Positions 36,583 to 45,801 are shown, counted from the stretch's first letter. The stretch: 64,000 nucleotides of DNA from an uncultured Oscillospiraceae bacterium (GCA_964442135.1 CAYTYN010000001.1:45978-109977); one strand, 5' to 3'. Notes: generated by a model from the letters alone, not told the origin. Translations and numbers: made by a program.

Positions 36583-38235
36583 TTACAGGTAGTTCATCGG
36601 ATTTACCGCAACCCCGTTCAATCTGGTTTCGAAGTGGCAGTGAGATCCGGTGCTCCGTCCGGTGTTTCCTACAAGAGCTATAATCTGTCCCTGACCTACC
36701 TTTTGGCCTACGGATACGCTTATGCTGCTGCAATGGGCATATCTGGTCACAAGACCTGTGCCATGATCTATATCGACGCAGAGACCGTACGCTCCGTACC
36801 AACCTGCTCTGATCACCGTTCCGCCGTCAGATGCTCTTATAGAGGTTCCCGTAGGAGCCGGTATATCCACACCCTCGTGAAGGCTTCCCCACCGATATCC
36901 GTATCCGTAGGTTATTGAATAGCCGGAAACCGGAAGTATCAGGCTGCCTGTCGCGGTTACGCTCTTGGTACCTACCCTGACTATCCTGGTCACAGCCTCC
37001 TGTACGATTTCGGAGTCTACTTCCTCCTGCTCCGTAATCTCCCCGTTCTCCCTTACGATCTTCGCCGTTACGATCCGCTTTCCGTTTTCCCCTTCCTGGG
37101 CAACCCTTGAATCACCCTCGTACATGGAATCATCTTCCTGCCATACCGTCTCATACTCTATCACCTCTGTGTATTGGGTAGTCTCTTCTGTAACCACTGT
37201 CAGCGCCGAGGTGGTTATTTTCGTAATAAGAACATCTCCCTCCGTCGGTGTGGATTCGTCCAGGTCCGGATTCATGGACTTTAGCTCATCCATGGTGATT
37301 CCGAAGCTGTCGCATATTTCATCATAGGTATCCCCGCTCTGGACGGTATAGGTCTCCGCCCTCCTGCTGCCGTTTATAAGCAATTCAAAAGCCTGATCCA
37401 CACTGCTTATGGATACGATATCGGCCTCTTCTTCTCTTATCTGAATAGTCTCTTTGAATCCTATATATGTATACTGAGTCCGCTCAGAATCCGACAGATA
37501 GTAGTCCTGTATATCCATCAGCACTTCACTGGCGTTTCCTACGCTGCTCAGTATGGCGTATCTTACGTCGTTGACGTATATAGCGTACCCTGTAGTCTTC
37601 ACATCCGCCATATACGTGAATCTCTTCAGAACGTCGTCTTCACTGTCGATGGTCTTCTGGACTGCGGACACCCTTTTGAAGGTGATGTTGGAGTCGCTCT
37701 CTATCTTAACATCGGATCCGTACTCGGCCGACAGCTCTTCGCTGGCCATATCCAGCACCACTAAGACGCTTTCCTGTTCGGAAACGTATCCCATCACTCT
37801 TCCGTTATAGCTGTATTCGTAGCACAAGAAGTGATTATACACGGCTACCACCGCTACAGCTACGAGCAAGGCTTCTGCGGAATAGGTCAGGATCTGATTC
37901 CTGTATTTCCCTATCATCACCCGTTTCTCGTGGGTGAACTTGGCAACATGGTATCTTACCTTCAGAGTGAAACGCTGGGCGTAGAGGGTGAAGATATCGT
38001 ACTTGTCTACGATAGCAGCTCCTGTGTCCACTATGATGGATACCCCTTTTTCGCCTAATTTATATACCTTGGGCCAGAATTCATCGTTTTTGTCGATTAA
38101 GGCCGCGCCTATGTCCACCGTGACGGATAATATCTTCCCGCTTTTTTTGTATACCTTGGGCCAGAATTCATCGTTTTTATCGATTAAATCCGCTCCCATG
38201 TCTATTAATTTCTGATACCGTTTTCTTTCTGCCAT
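36583..38235 (-). CDS. M23-family peptidoglycan metalloendopeptidase with LysM and G5-like domains
   Basis: C-terminal HEGVDI...GSHCHFE motifs. The LysM-like segment reads YTVQSGDTYDEICDSFGITMDELKSMNP. One TM helix, and a repeated cytoplasmic N-terminus. Confidence 0.85.
   Translation of the reverse strand: MAERKRYQKLIDMGADLIDKNDEFWPKVYKKSGKILSVTVDIGAALIDKNDEFWPKVYKLGEKGVSIIVDTGAAIVDKYDIFTLYAQRFTLKVRYHVAKFTHEKRVMIGKYRNQILTYSAEALLVAVAVVAVYNHFLCYEYSYNGRVMGYVSEQESVLVVLDMASEELSAEYGSDVKIESDSNITFKRVSAVQKTIDSEDDVLKRFTYMADVKTTGYAIYVNDVRYAILSSVGNASEVLMDIQDYYLSDSERTQYTYIGFKETIQIREEEADIVSISSVDQAFELLINGSRRAETYTVQSGDTYDEICDSFGITMDELKSMNPDLDESTPTEGDVLITKITTSALTVVTEETTQYTEVIEYETVWQEDDSMYEGDSRVAQEGENGKRIVTAKIVRENGEITEQEEVDSEIVQEAVTRIVRVGTKSVTATGSLILPVSGYSITYGYGYRWGSLHEGVDIPAPTGTSIRASDGGTVIRAGWYGAYGLCVDIDHGTGLVTRYAHCSSISVSVGQKVGQGQIIALVGNTGRSTGSHCHFETRLNGVAVNPMNYL
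38063..38187. repeat. 87-bp-period tandem direct repeat inside the M23 peptidase gene
   Basis: The 38-mer TATACCTTGGGCCAGAATTCATCGTTTTT(G/A)TCGATTAA occurs at 38063-38100 and 38150-38187 (37/38 identical). It encodes the repeated peptide LIDKNDEFWPKVYK. Confidence 0.85.
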
Positions 38236-39467
38236 ATCTCAGCCTCTCTAATACGCTTTTGTATGCACTCGCATCGCCCCCCCGTCTCATTGATACCGGT
38301 GTCGTTGCATTTAGGGCAGGCGTATCTTATCTCTGTGTAATCTATGTCAAAATCGTTCTCAGCCAACAGATATGCTCTGTTTGCCTGTAAGGTATCCATT
38401 TTCTGCCTCAGCTCTCCGGTGTCCTCCCCGGATTCTTTTCGGATGATGGCTTTGGAAAGCCTTATGCCGATGGAACTCATCTCATCATCTATCTTCTTTA
38501 TTTCAGGTATTTTCTCATACACCTCTTCAAGACGTTCTCTCGCTTCTTCCGCCTTCTTCTCTCTGAGATAGTCGTAGAATCTGTTCAGGACAGATGTGGT
38601 TACCGTAGTATGGGCGTTTACGTCCATACCTGTTTCATCCGCCCTTTCCTTCCAATTACGTATGATCTTATTTATATAGTTGAAATTAGGATTGGATATG
38701 CCCGTAGTTCTGGAGCACGCTTCCCGAACCTTTTCCATGGAAAGTCCGTATTCGTCGAACCACACGTCCATCATGTTCATCTCGAACTCAGTGGGGTTTC
38801 TCGACAGACCGAGCATTTTTATGACTGTCCGGTATCTGCCGTAACGGTCGTCCGTGTCAGACAGATATTCTTCCACGTCTTCCTCTGTGGTCAGCCCTTT
38901 TTCCGTCCAGCTGCGGACTATCTTTCCGATATACCGGATGTTGTCCTTCTTCCTGGACAGGCTGTACTTCACCGCTGCCGATATCACATGGGGGGAAGCG
39001 CCTATCTCGCTTATCCACTCTGCTATCTCACGAAGCTCTGAGGACGACAGACTTCTTCCCAAGTCGGCCTCTACATCCTGATACATCCTCCTTATGTCCT
39101 CATCTACCGTATCCCCTTTACCGTCTCCGTCTTTACTGTTTTCGTCCTGAGCCGGCTCGTGATAGAACTGCTCCCTCAGGTTCAAAAGCTCCACTCGGTA
39201 TTCCCCGTCCGCGCCCCTTCTTCTCCTGAGCACACCCACCGATTCCCAAAACTCCCACGCCTGCGCTATCTTATCTATGCTGACGCCAAGCTGGGAAGCC
39301 ATAAGCTCGTCAGAAATATCCAGTCCATGCTCCGCACACATCTGGGCGTATATGTATGCCTTTAGACAGTCGCCGGAGGCCATAGGCATGTATTCACCTA
39401 TGAAGAGATTATCGATTCTCGTATCCAAAAGATATATATCTCTGCCCTTTTCTCTCGAAAAATTCAT
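38205..39467 (-). CDS. DnaD-domain replication initiation protein (B. subtilis DnaB/DnaD-like) with C-terminal zinc-ribbon
   Basis: N-terminal winged-helix-type segment (IDNLFIGEYMPMASGDCLKAYIY). Two DnaD/DnaB_2-type repeats end in IRYIGKIVRSWTEKG and FNYINKIIRNWKER. The C-terminus is a coiled coil plus CPKCNDTG...GGRCEC. Confidence 0.75.
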   Translation of the reverse strand: MNFSREKGRDIYLLDTRIDNLFIGEYMPMASGDCLKAYIYAQMCAEHGLDISDELMASQLGVSIDKIAQAWEFWESVGVLRRRRGADGEYRVELLNLREQFYHEPAQDENSKDGDGKGDTVDEDIRRMYQDVEADLGRSLSSSELREIAEWISEIGASPHVISAAVKYSLSRKKDNIRYIGKIVRSWTEKGLTTEEDVEEYLSDTDDRYGRYRTVIKMLGLSRNPTEFEMNMMDVWFDEYGLSMEKVREACSRTTGISNPNFNYINKIIRNWKERADETGMDVNAHTTVTTSVLNRFYDYLREKKAEEARERLEEVYEKIPEIKKIDDEMSSIGIRLSKAIIRKESGEDTGELRQKMDTLQANRAYLLAENDFDIDYTEIRYACPKCNDTGINETGGRCECIQKRIREAEIWQKENGIRN

Positions 39468-39478
39468 ATTATCCTCTT

Positions 39479-40798
39479 CTACGCCTTATCGCTGAACATA
39501 GTGTACCGAGATACCCATGAAAGCTCTATTCTTCCCACAGCTCCGCTCCTGTGCTTGGCTATGTTTACTTCGCATATGCCCGGCTTATCGGTATTTTCGT
39601 TGTAGACCTCGTCTCTGTAGAGAAACATAACTATGTCCGCGTCCTGCTCGATGGCTCCCGATTCCCTGAGATCTGACAGAACCGGTCGGTGATCCCCTCT
39701 CAGCTCCGGCCCTCTGGAAAGCTGGGAAAGTACGATCACAGGACAGTCCATCTCTCTGGCCAAAAGCTTCAGCTGTCTGGAAAGGGTGCTTATCTCCTGC
39801 TGTCTGTTATCGCTGCTGCCGTCTCCATGCATGAGCTGAAGATAATCCACGATGACGAGATCCAGACCCTTTTCCGTTTTAAGCCTCCTGCACTTGTTCT
39901 TCATCTCCAATATGCTGACTTCCGGAGTGTCGTCTATGTATATGTTGGTGGTTCCCAAGGAATCGTAGGCAAGAGCCAGACTTTCCCAATCGTTGCTCTT
40001 AATGTCTCCCGTCTTAAGCTTTTGCATCTCGACCTTAGATTCCATGGACAAAAGCCTTTGGCTCAGCTCTACCTTCGCCATCTCAAGGCTGAAAATGAGC
40101 ACCGTAGCCTTGGCCTTTTTCGCCGCGTTAAGGGCGATGTTCAGGGCGAAGGCCGTCTTCCCCATGGAAGGCCTGGCGGCTATTATTATCATATTGGATT
40201 TCTGAAGTCCCGTGGTTTCCCGATCCAGCTCCCGATATCCGGTAGTCAGGCCGGTAATCCCTCCTTCCGCCTGGATAGCCCTGTCTATTATTTCCATGTT
40301 CTCTACGAGTACCTCTGATATGGGCAGATAATCCCGGCTCTGTCTTCGCTGACCTATTTCGAAGATCTTCTGCTCCGCATGGTCTAAGAGGATTGCCGGA
40401 TCGCTGCTTTCTCCAAAGGCCTTCTCTCTTATGTCGTCAGAGGCGTTTATCAACATTCTGAGAGACGACTTCTCCGCCACTATTTTGGCATAGCCCGCTC
40501 CGTTGGCCGCAGACGGTACCTCTGACGCCAGAGACGCCACGTAGACCCTTCCTCCCGCCGCTTCCAGGGAATTCCTCTTCTTAAGCTCATCACATACCGT
40601 TACTATATCTACGTTCACACTTTCTCTGAACAGATCTGCCATGACGCTGAATATTTCCTTATGGGCAGGATCGTAAAAATCCTCAGGCCTTACGATCTCA
40701 AGGACTTCCGACAAGGCGTCTCTGCTCAGCATAGCGGCGCCGAGCACTGACTGCTCGGCATCCTTATTGTGTGGAGGTATTCGCTCTGATTTTGCCAT
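39479..40798 (-). CDS. dnaB: Replicative DNA helicase
   Basis: 439 aa with PPHNKDAEQSVLGA N-terminus, Walker A ARPSMGKTAFALN and Walker B LVIVDYLQLM. Confidence 0.95.
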   Translation of the reverse strand: MAKSERIPPHNKDAEQSVLGAAMLSRDALSEVLEIVRPEDFYDPAHKEIFSVMADLFRESVNVDIVTVCDELKKRNSLEAAGGRVYVASLASEVPSAANGAGYAKIVAEKSSLRMLINASDDIREKAFGESSDPAILLDHAEQKIFEIGQRRQSRDYLPISEVLVENMEIIDRAIQAEGGITGLTTGYRELDRETTGLQKSNMIIIAARPSMGKTAFALNIALNAAKKAKATVLIFSLEMAKVELSQRLLSMESKVEMQKLKTGDIKSNDWESLALAYDSLGTTNIYIDDTPEVSILEMKNKCRRLKTEKGLDLVIVDYLQLMHGDGSSDNRQQEISTLSRQLKLLAREMDCPVIVLSQLSRGPELRGDHRPVLSDLRESGAIEQDADIVMFLYRDEVYNENTDKPGICEVNIAKHRSGAVGRIELSWVSRYTMFSDKA

Positions 40799-40833
40799 GA
40801 TTCACTCCCCTTTTGCCGTGATCCTACCGCCTG

Positions 40834-41280
40834 TCACTCTTCTGTGATTTCCACGCTGAGGGTTGCCTTAACCCCTTGGTAGAGCTTTACTTCCACGTCA
40901 AAGCGGCCGATATGCTTGATGGCTCCGTTTATCTGAATCTTCTTCTTATCTATATTGACGTCCAGCTGCTCAGAGGCGGCGTCGGCCACATCCTTAGACG
41001 TAATAGAGCCGAAAAGCCTTCCCCCTTCTCCGGCTTTAGACCTTATGACCACCTTCTTTTCCGCCAGCTCAGCCGCAAGCTTCTCCGCGGCGGCTTTCTC
41101 CTCCGCTGCCTTCTGAGCCATGATGGCCTTCTGCTTTTCCAGACTGCGAACGTTGCCTTCTGTGGCCTCCACCGCATATCCCTTAGGGATCAGCATGTTT
41201 CGCGCGTAGCCGTCGCTGACCTTTACCACTTCTCCGGCTTTTCCCGTTCCCTTTACATCTCTCTTAAGTATTACTATCAT
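40834..41280 (-). CDS. rplI: 50S ribosomal protein L9
   Basis: MIVILKRDVKGTGKAGEVVKVSDGYARN is typical of L9. Start set at ATG 41280 (GGAGAG RBS). Confidence 0.93.
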   Translation of the reverse strand: MIVILKRDVKGTGKAGEVVKVSDGYARNMLIPKGYAVEATEGNVRSLEKQKAIMAQKAAEEKAAAEKLAAELAEKKVVIRSKAGEGGRLFGSITSKDVADAASEQLDVNIDKKKIQINGAIKHIGRFDVEVKLYQGVKATLSVEITEE

Positions 41281-41301
41281 TTTTTCTCTCTCCAAACCTG
41301 C

Positions 41302-43059
41302 CTATATGTCAGCAGTCATCTTTCGTACTTTCTCTATGACTTCCTCGGGAGAACAACCCACCTGAGCTCCCGCCGTAGTCAGGTGTCCTCCTCCGCCGAT
41401 CTTTTCCATTATGATCTGCACATTGACCTCTCCCAGAGATCTGGCGCTGACGCATGTCTTCCCTCTGTCGCTTCTTCCCGCAACGAAGGCCGCCTTAATC
41501 CCCTTTATATTCAGAAGCTCATCCGCTACCTGGGCATTTATCACCTGAGCATCCTGATTATTACCTTCGCACACGGACACAGCCACACCGTTATCGTAAA
41601 ACTCAGCTGCGGCTATGCACTTGGCTCTGATCCTGAAATCCTCCAGATCGGTCTGGAACAGCCTCTTTACCTCCGTGGTGTCGGCTCCGGATCTTCTCAG
41701 CCAAGCTGCGGCTTCAAAGGTTCTCACCCCGGTCTTTACGGCGAATCTATTGGTATCTATATACATTCCCGCCAAAAGGGCTTCAGCCTCCAGCTTTATA
41801 AGGGTTTTCTTACCTCCTGTGTACTGAAGCATTTCCGTAACCAGCTCCGCCGTAGAGGACGCATAGCTCTCTATGTATGACAAAACTGTTCTTTCTATGC
41901 TGTCTGCCGCTTTCCTATGATGATCTATAACCACTATTCTTTCCGTCAGGTCTAACAGCTCAGGCTTTTCCAGAAAGCTCGGCCTGTGTGTATCTAAAAT
42001 AACCAGCAGAGTATCCTTGGTTATCATCTTTTTTGCCCTCTCCGTAGAGATAAAGCTGTAGTTTTCCGTACTCTTTGCCTGGGTGAATATGGCGTGGAGG
42101 GAGTCTGTCACCTCGTCTATCACTATGTGAGCTTCCGTACCGTTTATGGCACACATCCTGTAAATACCTAAGGATGAGCCGAAAGCATCCATATCCGCCG
42201 CCTTGTGTCCCATGATGAAAACCTGGTTAGACTGGTTTATGAGCTGAGTCAAAGCGTGACCGACTATACGTGATTTCCCTTTATTCCCCTTCTCTACGGT
42301 CTGGTTCTTACCGCCGTAATACTGTATTTTACCGCCGTTTTTAACGACGGCCTGATCTCCTCCTCTTCCAAGGGCCAGCTCTAAAGCCGCTAAGGAGAAC
42401 TCCTCTGTTTCAAGGACGTTCCTTCCTCCTATACCCAGTCCGATGCTCAGACTGGCGGGAAAGTCAGCCTTAGTCTCTATCTCCCGCACTTCATCCAGAA
42501 TATTGAACCTGCTGTCCACTATTTGCTTTGCGTACATGTGATGAATATAGCTCATGTACGATGTATTCTGTACCTTGGTGACCGAACCCTCGAATTTAGC
42601 GAACCATTTCCTCACAATGGAATCTATTTTAGCCGCTATGGCCATGCCTATCTCCGGAGATACGTTAGCGATCACCTCGTCGTAATTATCTATATTCACA
42701 TGGCATACACATATCTTCTCATCATCGTATTTAGCTTTCAGACTTTCGAAGGCGGTGTCGTCTATGAAGAAAACCCGGTATACCGTCTCCTCATCCTCCC
42801 TCACCTTCTCGACCAAAAGCCTGAAGTTTTTTCCGTTCCTGTTGACGAGAACCCTTTTGCCTTCCGCCGCTTCTGCCAGCTGGGGCAGCTTAACTCCGGC
42901 AACGGCAAAAAAGTCGCTGTCTGTTATACCGCTGTATATGAATACCTCTCCAATGTTTTCATTGGCCTTAGTGATTTTTCCTTTGGAATTTACTTCACAG
43001 ATCGGAAGCGGAACATCTAAAGAAGATAGTTTTTCTATAATAACTTCTGACATATCCAT
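41302..43059 (-). CDS. DHH/DHHA1-family phosphoesterase, GdpP (YybT)-like but without N-terminal TM helices
   Basis: Degenerate GGDEF-like middle region, DHH motif VIDHHRK and DHHA1 motif GGGGH. Conserved position upstream of rplI-dnaB. Confidence 0.85.
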   Translation of the reverse strand: MDMSEVIIEKLSSLDVPLPICEVNSKGKITKANENIGEVFIYSGITDSDFFAVAGVKLPQLAEAAEGKRVLVNRNGKNFRLLVEKVREDEETVYRVFFIDDTAFESLKAKYDDEKICVCHVNIDNYDEVIANVSPEIGMAIAAKIDSIVRKWFAKFEGSVTKVQNTSYMSYIHHMYAKQIVDSRFNILDEVREIETKADFPASLSIGLGIGGRNVLETEEFSLAALELALGRGGDQAVVKNGGKIQYYGGKNQTVEKGNKGKSRIVGHALTQLINQSNQVFIMGHKAADMDAFGSSLGIYRMCAINGTEAHIVIDEVTDSLHAIFTQAKSTENYSFISTERAKKMITKDTLLVILDTHRPSFLEKPELLDLTERIVVIDHHRKAADSIERTVLSYIESYASSTAELVTEMLQYTGGKKTLIKLEAEALLAGMYIDTNRFAVKTGVRTFEAAAWLRRSGADTTEVKRLFQTDLEDFRIRAKCIAAAEFYDNGVAVSVCEGNNQDAQVINAQVADELLNIKGIKAAFVAGRSDRGKTCVSARSLGEVNVQIIMEKIGGGGHLTTAGAQVGCSPEEVIEKVRKMTADI

Positions 43060-43252
43060 TCCTCTTCAGTTAACATCCATTCGCATATCGTTACCTGATC
43101 CCGTCTCCGGAATCATAAACGGTAACTCAAATTATACCACGAGCCTCTTCTCTCAAGGTGTTGTTTTTGTGTATTATTTTCCGTGCCCCAACCTACAGCA
43201 AGAAAGGTCAAGGGGTGATTTGTAATTTTTTCCCATTAACCTTTCGCTTATT

Positions 43253-44173
43253 TTATATGGGTTTCACGTGAAACATATGCTGATTTCCCACAGTTTTCAA
43301 CTGTTCTATGATCCTGTTAAGCTCGTCGTCACTGTAGTATTCTATTTCAATCCTGCCTTTTTTTCCGGTGGTGTTGATGATTACTCTGGTACCGAATATC
43401 TCTCTCAGGTCATTTTCGACCCTGACTGTATCCGGACTCTTTGCGTCCTTTGCCGTTCTCTTCTTCGGCCTGTTCAGCTTTATCACCAGTTTTTCCACAT
43501 CTCTTACAGACAGGCCCTCCTTCCATGCTCTCTCCGTAATCTCGATCTGTTTCTCCGGCTCAGGTACGCTTACTACAGCTCTGGCGTGACCTGCTGTGAT
43601 CTTCCCCTCAGAGACCATCTGCCTGATCTCCTCCGGAAGCTTGAGAAGTCTCAGAGCGTTGGTTATGTACGGTCTGCTCTTGCTCACGCTCTTCGCTACC
43701 TGTTCCTGAGTAAATCCATAGGTTTTTATCATCTGGTTTATCCCCAGCGCCTCTTCTATAGGATCCAAATCCTCCCGCTGCATATTTTCGATGATTGCTA
43801 CGACAATGTTCTCCTCGTCGGTAAACTCCCGAACGATACACGGCACCTGAGTAAGCTCCGCGGCTCTTGCAGCGCGCCATCTCCGCTCGCCTGCCACTAT
43901 CTCGTAAAAAGCTCCCTTTTTACGAACCACCAGAGGCTGGATTATTCCGTGCTCTGTTATGGAATCGGCGAGCTCCTTTATCCTCTCTTCGTCGAACTTC
44001 TTTCTCGGCTGATCCTTGTTCGGTCTTATGTCGTTAATATTTACGTATATTATTGCGTTTTCCTCCGGGGAGCTCTGGCCGTCTTTTTCGGCGTCCTCCC
44101 TGTTTACAGGAACGGTGTCCGCTATAAGGGCGTCCAATCCTCTTCCCAGTCCGCTCTTCCTCTGCCTTGCCAT
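43253..44173 (-). CDS. parB: Chromosome partitioning protein ParB/Spo0J
   Basis: ParB box GERRWRAA, and HTH segment TQEQVAKSVSKSRPYITNALRLL. Confidence 0.93.
   Translation of the reverse strand: MARQRKSGLGRGLDALIADTVPVNREDAEKDGQSSPEENAIIYVNINDIRPNKDQPRKKFDEERIKELADSITEHGIIQPLVVRKKGAFYEIVAGERRWRAARAAELTQVPCIVREFTDEENIVVAIIENMQREDLDPIEEALGINQMIKTYGFTQEQVAKSVSKSRPYITNALRLLKLPEEIRQMVSEGKITAGHARAVVSVPEPEKQIEITERAWKEGLSVRDVEKLVIKLNRPKKRTAKDAKSPDTVRVENDLREIFGTRVIINTTGKKGRIEIEYYSDDELNRIIEQLKTVGNQHMFHVKPI
43260..43275. promoter_or_regulatory. parS centromere-like site (15/16 to consensus)
   Basis: GGTTTCACGTGAAACA versus the TGTTTCACGTGAAACA consensus. It lies within the last codons of parB. Confidence 0.8.
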
Positions 44174-44176
44174 CGT

Positions 44177-44947
44177 CTACTCAGCCTCCCGCCTGAGAAA
44201 TTCTTCCGCAAACTCGATGTATGCCTCAGCTCCTCTTGAATTGGGATCGTATTCCGTAATAGCCATACCGAAGCTGGGAGCCTCCGCAAGCCTTATATTT
44301 CTCGGTATTACTGTGGAATAAACCTTAGAGCCGAAATACTTCTTTACCTCCTGTACCACCTGAATGGAAAGATTGGTTCTCCCGTCGAACATGCTCAGTA
44401 TTACGCCCTCGATCTCCAGCTTCGGATTCAGGCTCTTCTTTACCAGCTCGATGGTGCTTACCAGCTGACTCACTCCCTCCAGAGCGTAGAATTCACACTG
44501 AATAGGCACTAGGACGCTTTCCACCGCTGTAAGGGAATTGATAGTTAAAATTCCCAGAGAAGGCGGGCAGTCGATGAAAATATAGTCGTAGCTGTCCTTT
44601 ATGGCGTCCATTGCCGCTCTCAGCTTTTTTTCCCTGCCCTTCACCTGGGCCAGTTCCACTTCGGCGCCTGCCAAATCCACACTGGCGGGTATTATATCCA
44701 GATTTTCCACATTCGTATGAATTATCGCTTTTGTTGTATCGAAATCCTCCTCTACCATAAGGTCGTACATGGTATATTCCAGATCACGCTTCTGTATTCC
44801 TATTCCGCTGGTAGTATTTCCCTGAGGGTCTATGTCCAGCATGAGTACTCTTTTACCTTTGAGAGTTAGGCTGGCGGCGAGATTTATGTTAGTGGTGGTC
44901 TTCCCTACTCCACCCTTTTGGTTAAATATAGCGATTGACTTTCCCAA
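44177..44947 (-). CDS. parA: Chromosome partitioning ATPase ParA/Soj
   Basis: Deviant Walker A NQKGGVGKTT. TTG start with an AGGAGG RBS 7 nt upstream. Confidence 0.93.
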   Translation of the reverse strand: MGKSIAIFNQKGGVGKTTTNINLAASLTLKGKRVLMLDIDPQGNTTSGIGIQKRDLEYTMYDLMVEEDFDTTKAIIHTNVENLDIIPASVDLAGAEVELAQVKGREKKLRAAMDAIKDSYDYIFIDCPPSLGILTINSLTAVESVLVPIQCEFYALEGVSQLVSTIELVKKSLNPKLEIEGVILSMFDGRTNLSIQVVQEVKKYFGSKVYSTVIPRNIRLAEAPSFGMAITEYDPNSRGAEAYIEFAEEFLRREAE

Positions 44948-45036
44948 TTTTGTACCTCCTGTTGTATATAAAATCTCCTTCGAATATTATATAACAGTCC
45001 CTGATATTTTGCTACAGTTTTACAAAAAAACAGAGA

Positions 45037-45052
45037 TGTTTCACGTGAAACA
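45037..45052. promoter_or_regulatory. parS centromere-like site (perfect 16-mer)
   Basis: TGTTTCACGTGAAACA, embedded in the 24-nt palindrome GAGATGTTTCACGTGAAACATCTC (45033-45056) between rsmG and parA. Confidence 0.9.
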
Positions 45053-45078
45053 TCTCCCAAGGACAGCTGTTTTCTGCT

Positions 45079-45801
45079 CTAGAGGGGCATTTTCGAAGGC
45101 GTTCCGGCCTTCCTCGGGTAGGCCTTCGGTGTGGGTGTTTCTTTTTTGATTACGATCAAAATATGGTTCAGTTCTCCTACCGAACAATCGACAATTCTGT
45201 CCACCTTCCCTCCCAGCTTCTCGAGAGCTGAACGGGACGACTCGATCTCTTCCCTTCCTTCAGGGCCTTTGTAGGCTATGAGGGTTCCTCCCACCTTGAC
45301 GAAGGGAAGACAGTATTCCAGCAGAACCGGCAGCGATGCTACGGCTCGGGAAACGCATAGATCGAAGGAATCTCTGAATTCCGGCTTCCTGCCCAGATCC
45401 TCCGCTCTGCCGTGAACAGTGGATATGTTTTCTATATGGCATTTTTCAGCCAGCGCGTCTATGATCTTCAGCCTCTTTGCCAGGGAATCCGCCAGTATGA
45501 ACTCCTTCTCGGGACATAGGGCGGCCAGAGGCACTCCCGGAAAGCCTCCTCCCGTTCCCACATCTATGATCCGGTAAGCTGACTTAAATTCCGGCAGCAG
45601 AGCAGCCTCAAAGCTGTCGAGATAATGCTTTATCAAGAATTCGTCCCGGTCTTTTATGGCTGTAAGGTTTACTCTCTCGTTCCGGTCCAGAATCCCTTCC
45701 ATGTATTCCACCAGCTTCGAGGCGATCTCAGGACCTTCGGCAAATCCCATTTCATCGATTTTTTCCCGTAGAAGGGAGGTGCATTTTTCTCTGTCATCCA
45801 T
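45079..45801 (-). CDS. rsmG: 16S rRNA (guanine527-N7)-methyltransferase
   Basis: SAM motif IDVGTGGGFPGVPLA. Conserved mnmG-rsmG-parA order. Confidence 0.93.
   Translation of the reverse strand: MDDREKCTSLLREKIDEMGFAEGPEIASKLVEYMEGILDRNERVNLTAIKDRDEFLIKHYLDSFEAALLPEFKSAYRIIDVGTGGGFPGVPLAALCPEKEFILADSLAKRLKIIDALAEKCHIENISTVHGRAEDLGRKPEFRDSFDLCVSRAVASLPVLLEYCLPFVKVGGTLIAYKGPEGREEIESSRSALEKLGGKVDRIVDCSVGELNHILIVIKKETPTPKAYPRKAGTPSKMPL

Noticed and set aside
36551-36802. 84-codon upstream extension of the FtsB/DivIC-like ORF.
   Set aside because: It overlaps the 3' end of the M23 peptidase gene in another frame. The sequence is Arg/Ser/Cys-rich nonsense, and the family-like protein begins at MERTVRRRKK.
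38063-38187. Direct repeats that might have been a mini CRISPR array or an intergenic repeat element.
   Set aside because: There are only two copies. They lie inside an intact reading frame, with an 87-bp period (29 codons exactly) encoding a repeated peptide.
43268-44239. 323-aa ORF covering the whole of parB on the opposite strand. Similar cases are at 40876-41880, 61298-62083 and 153-1016.
   Set aside because: The same codon-bias artefact applies. Each overlaps a gene with strong family motifs. None has a plausible RBS or recognisable domain.
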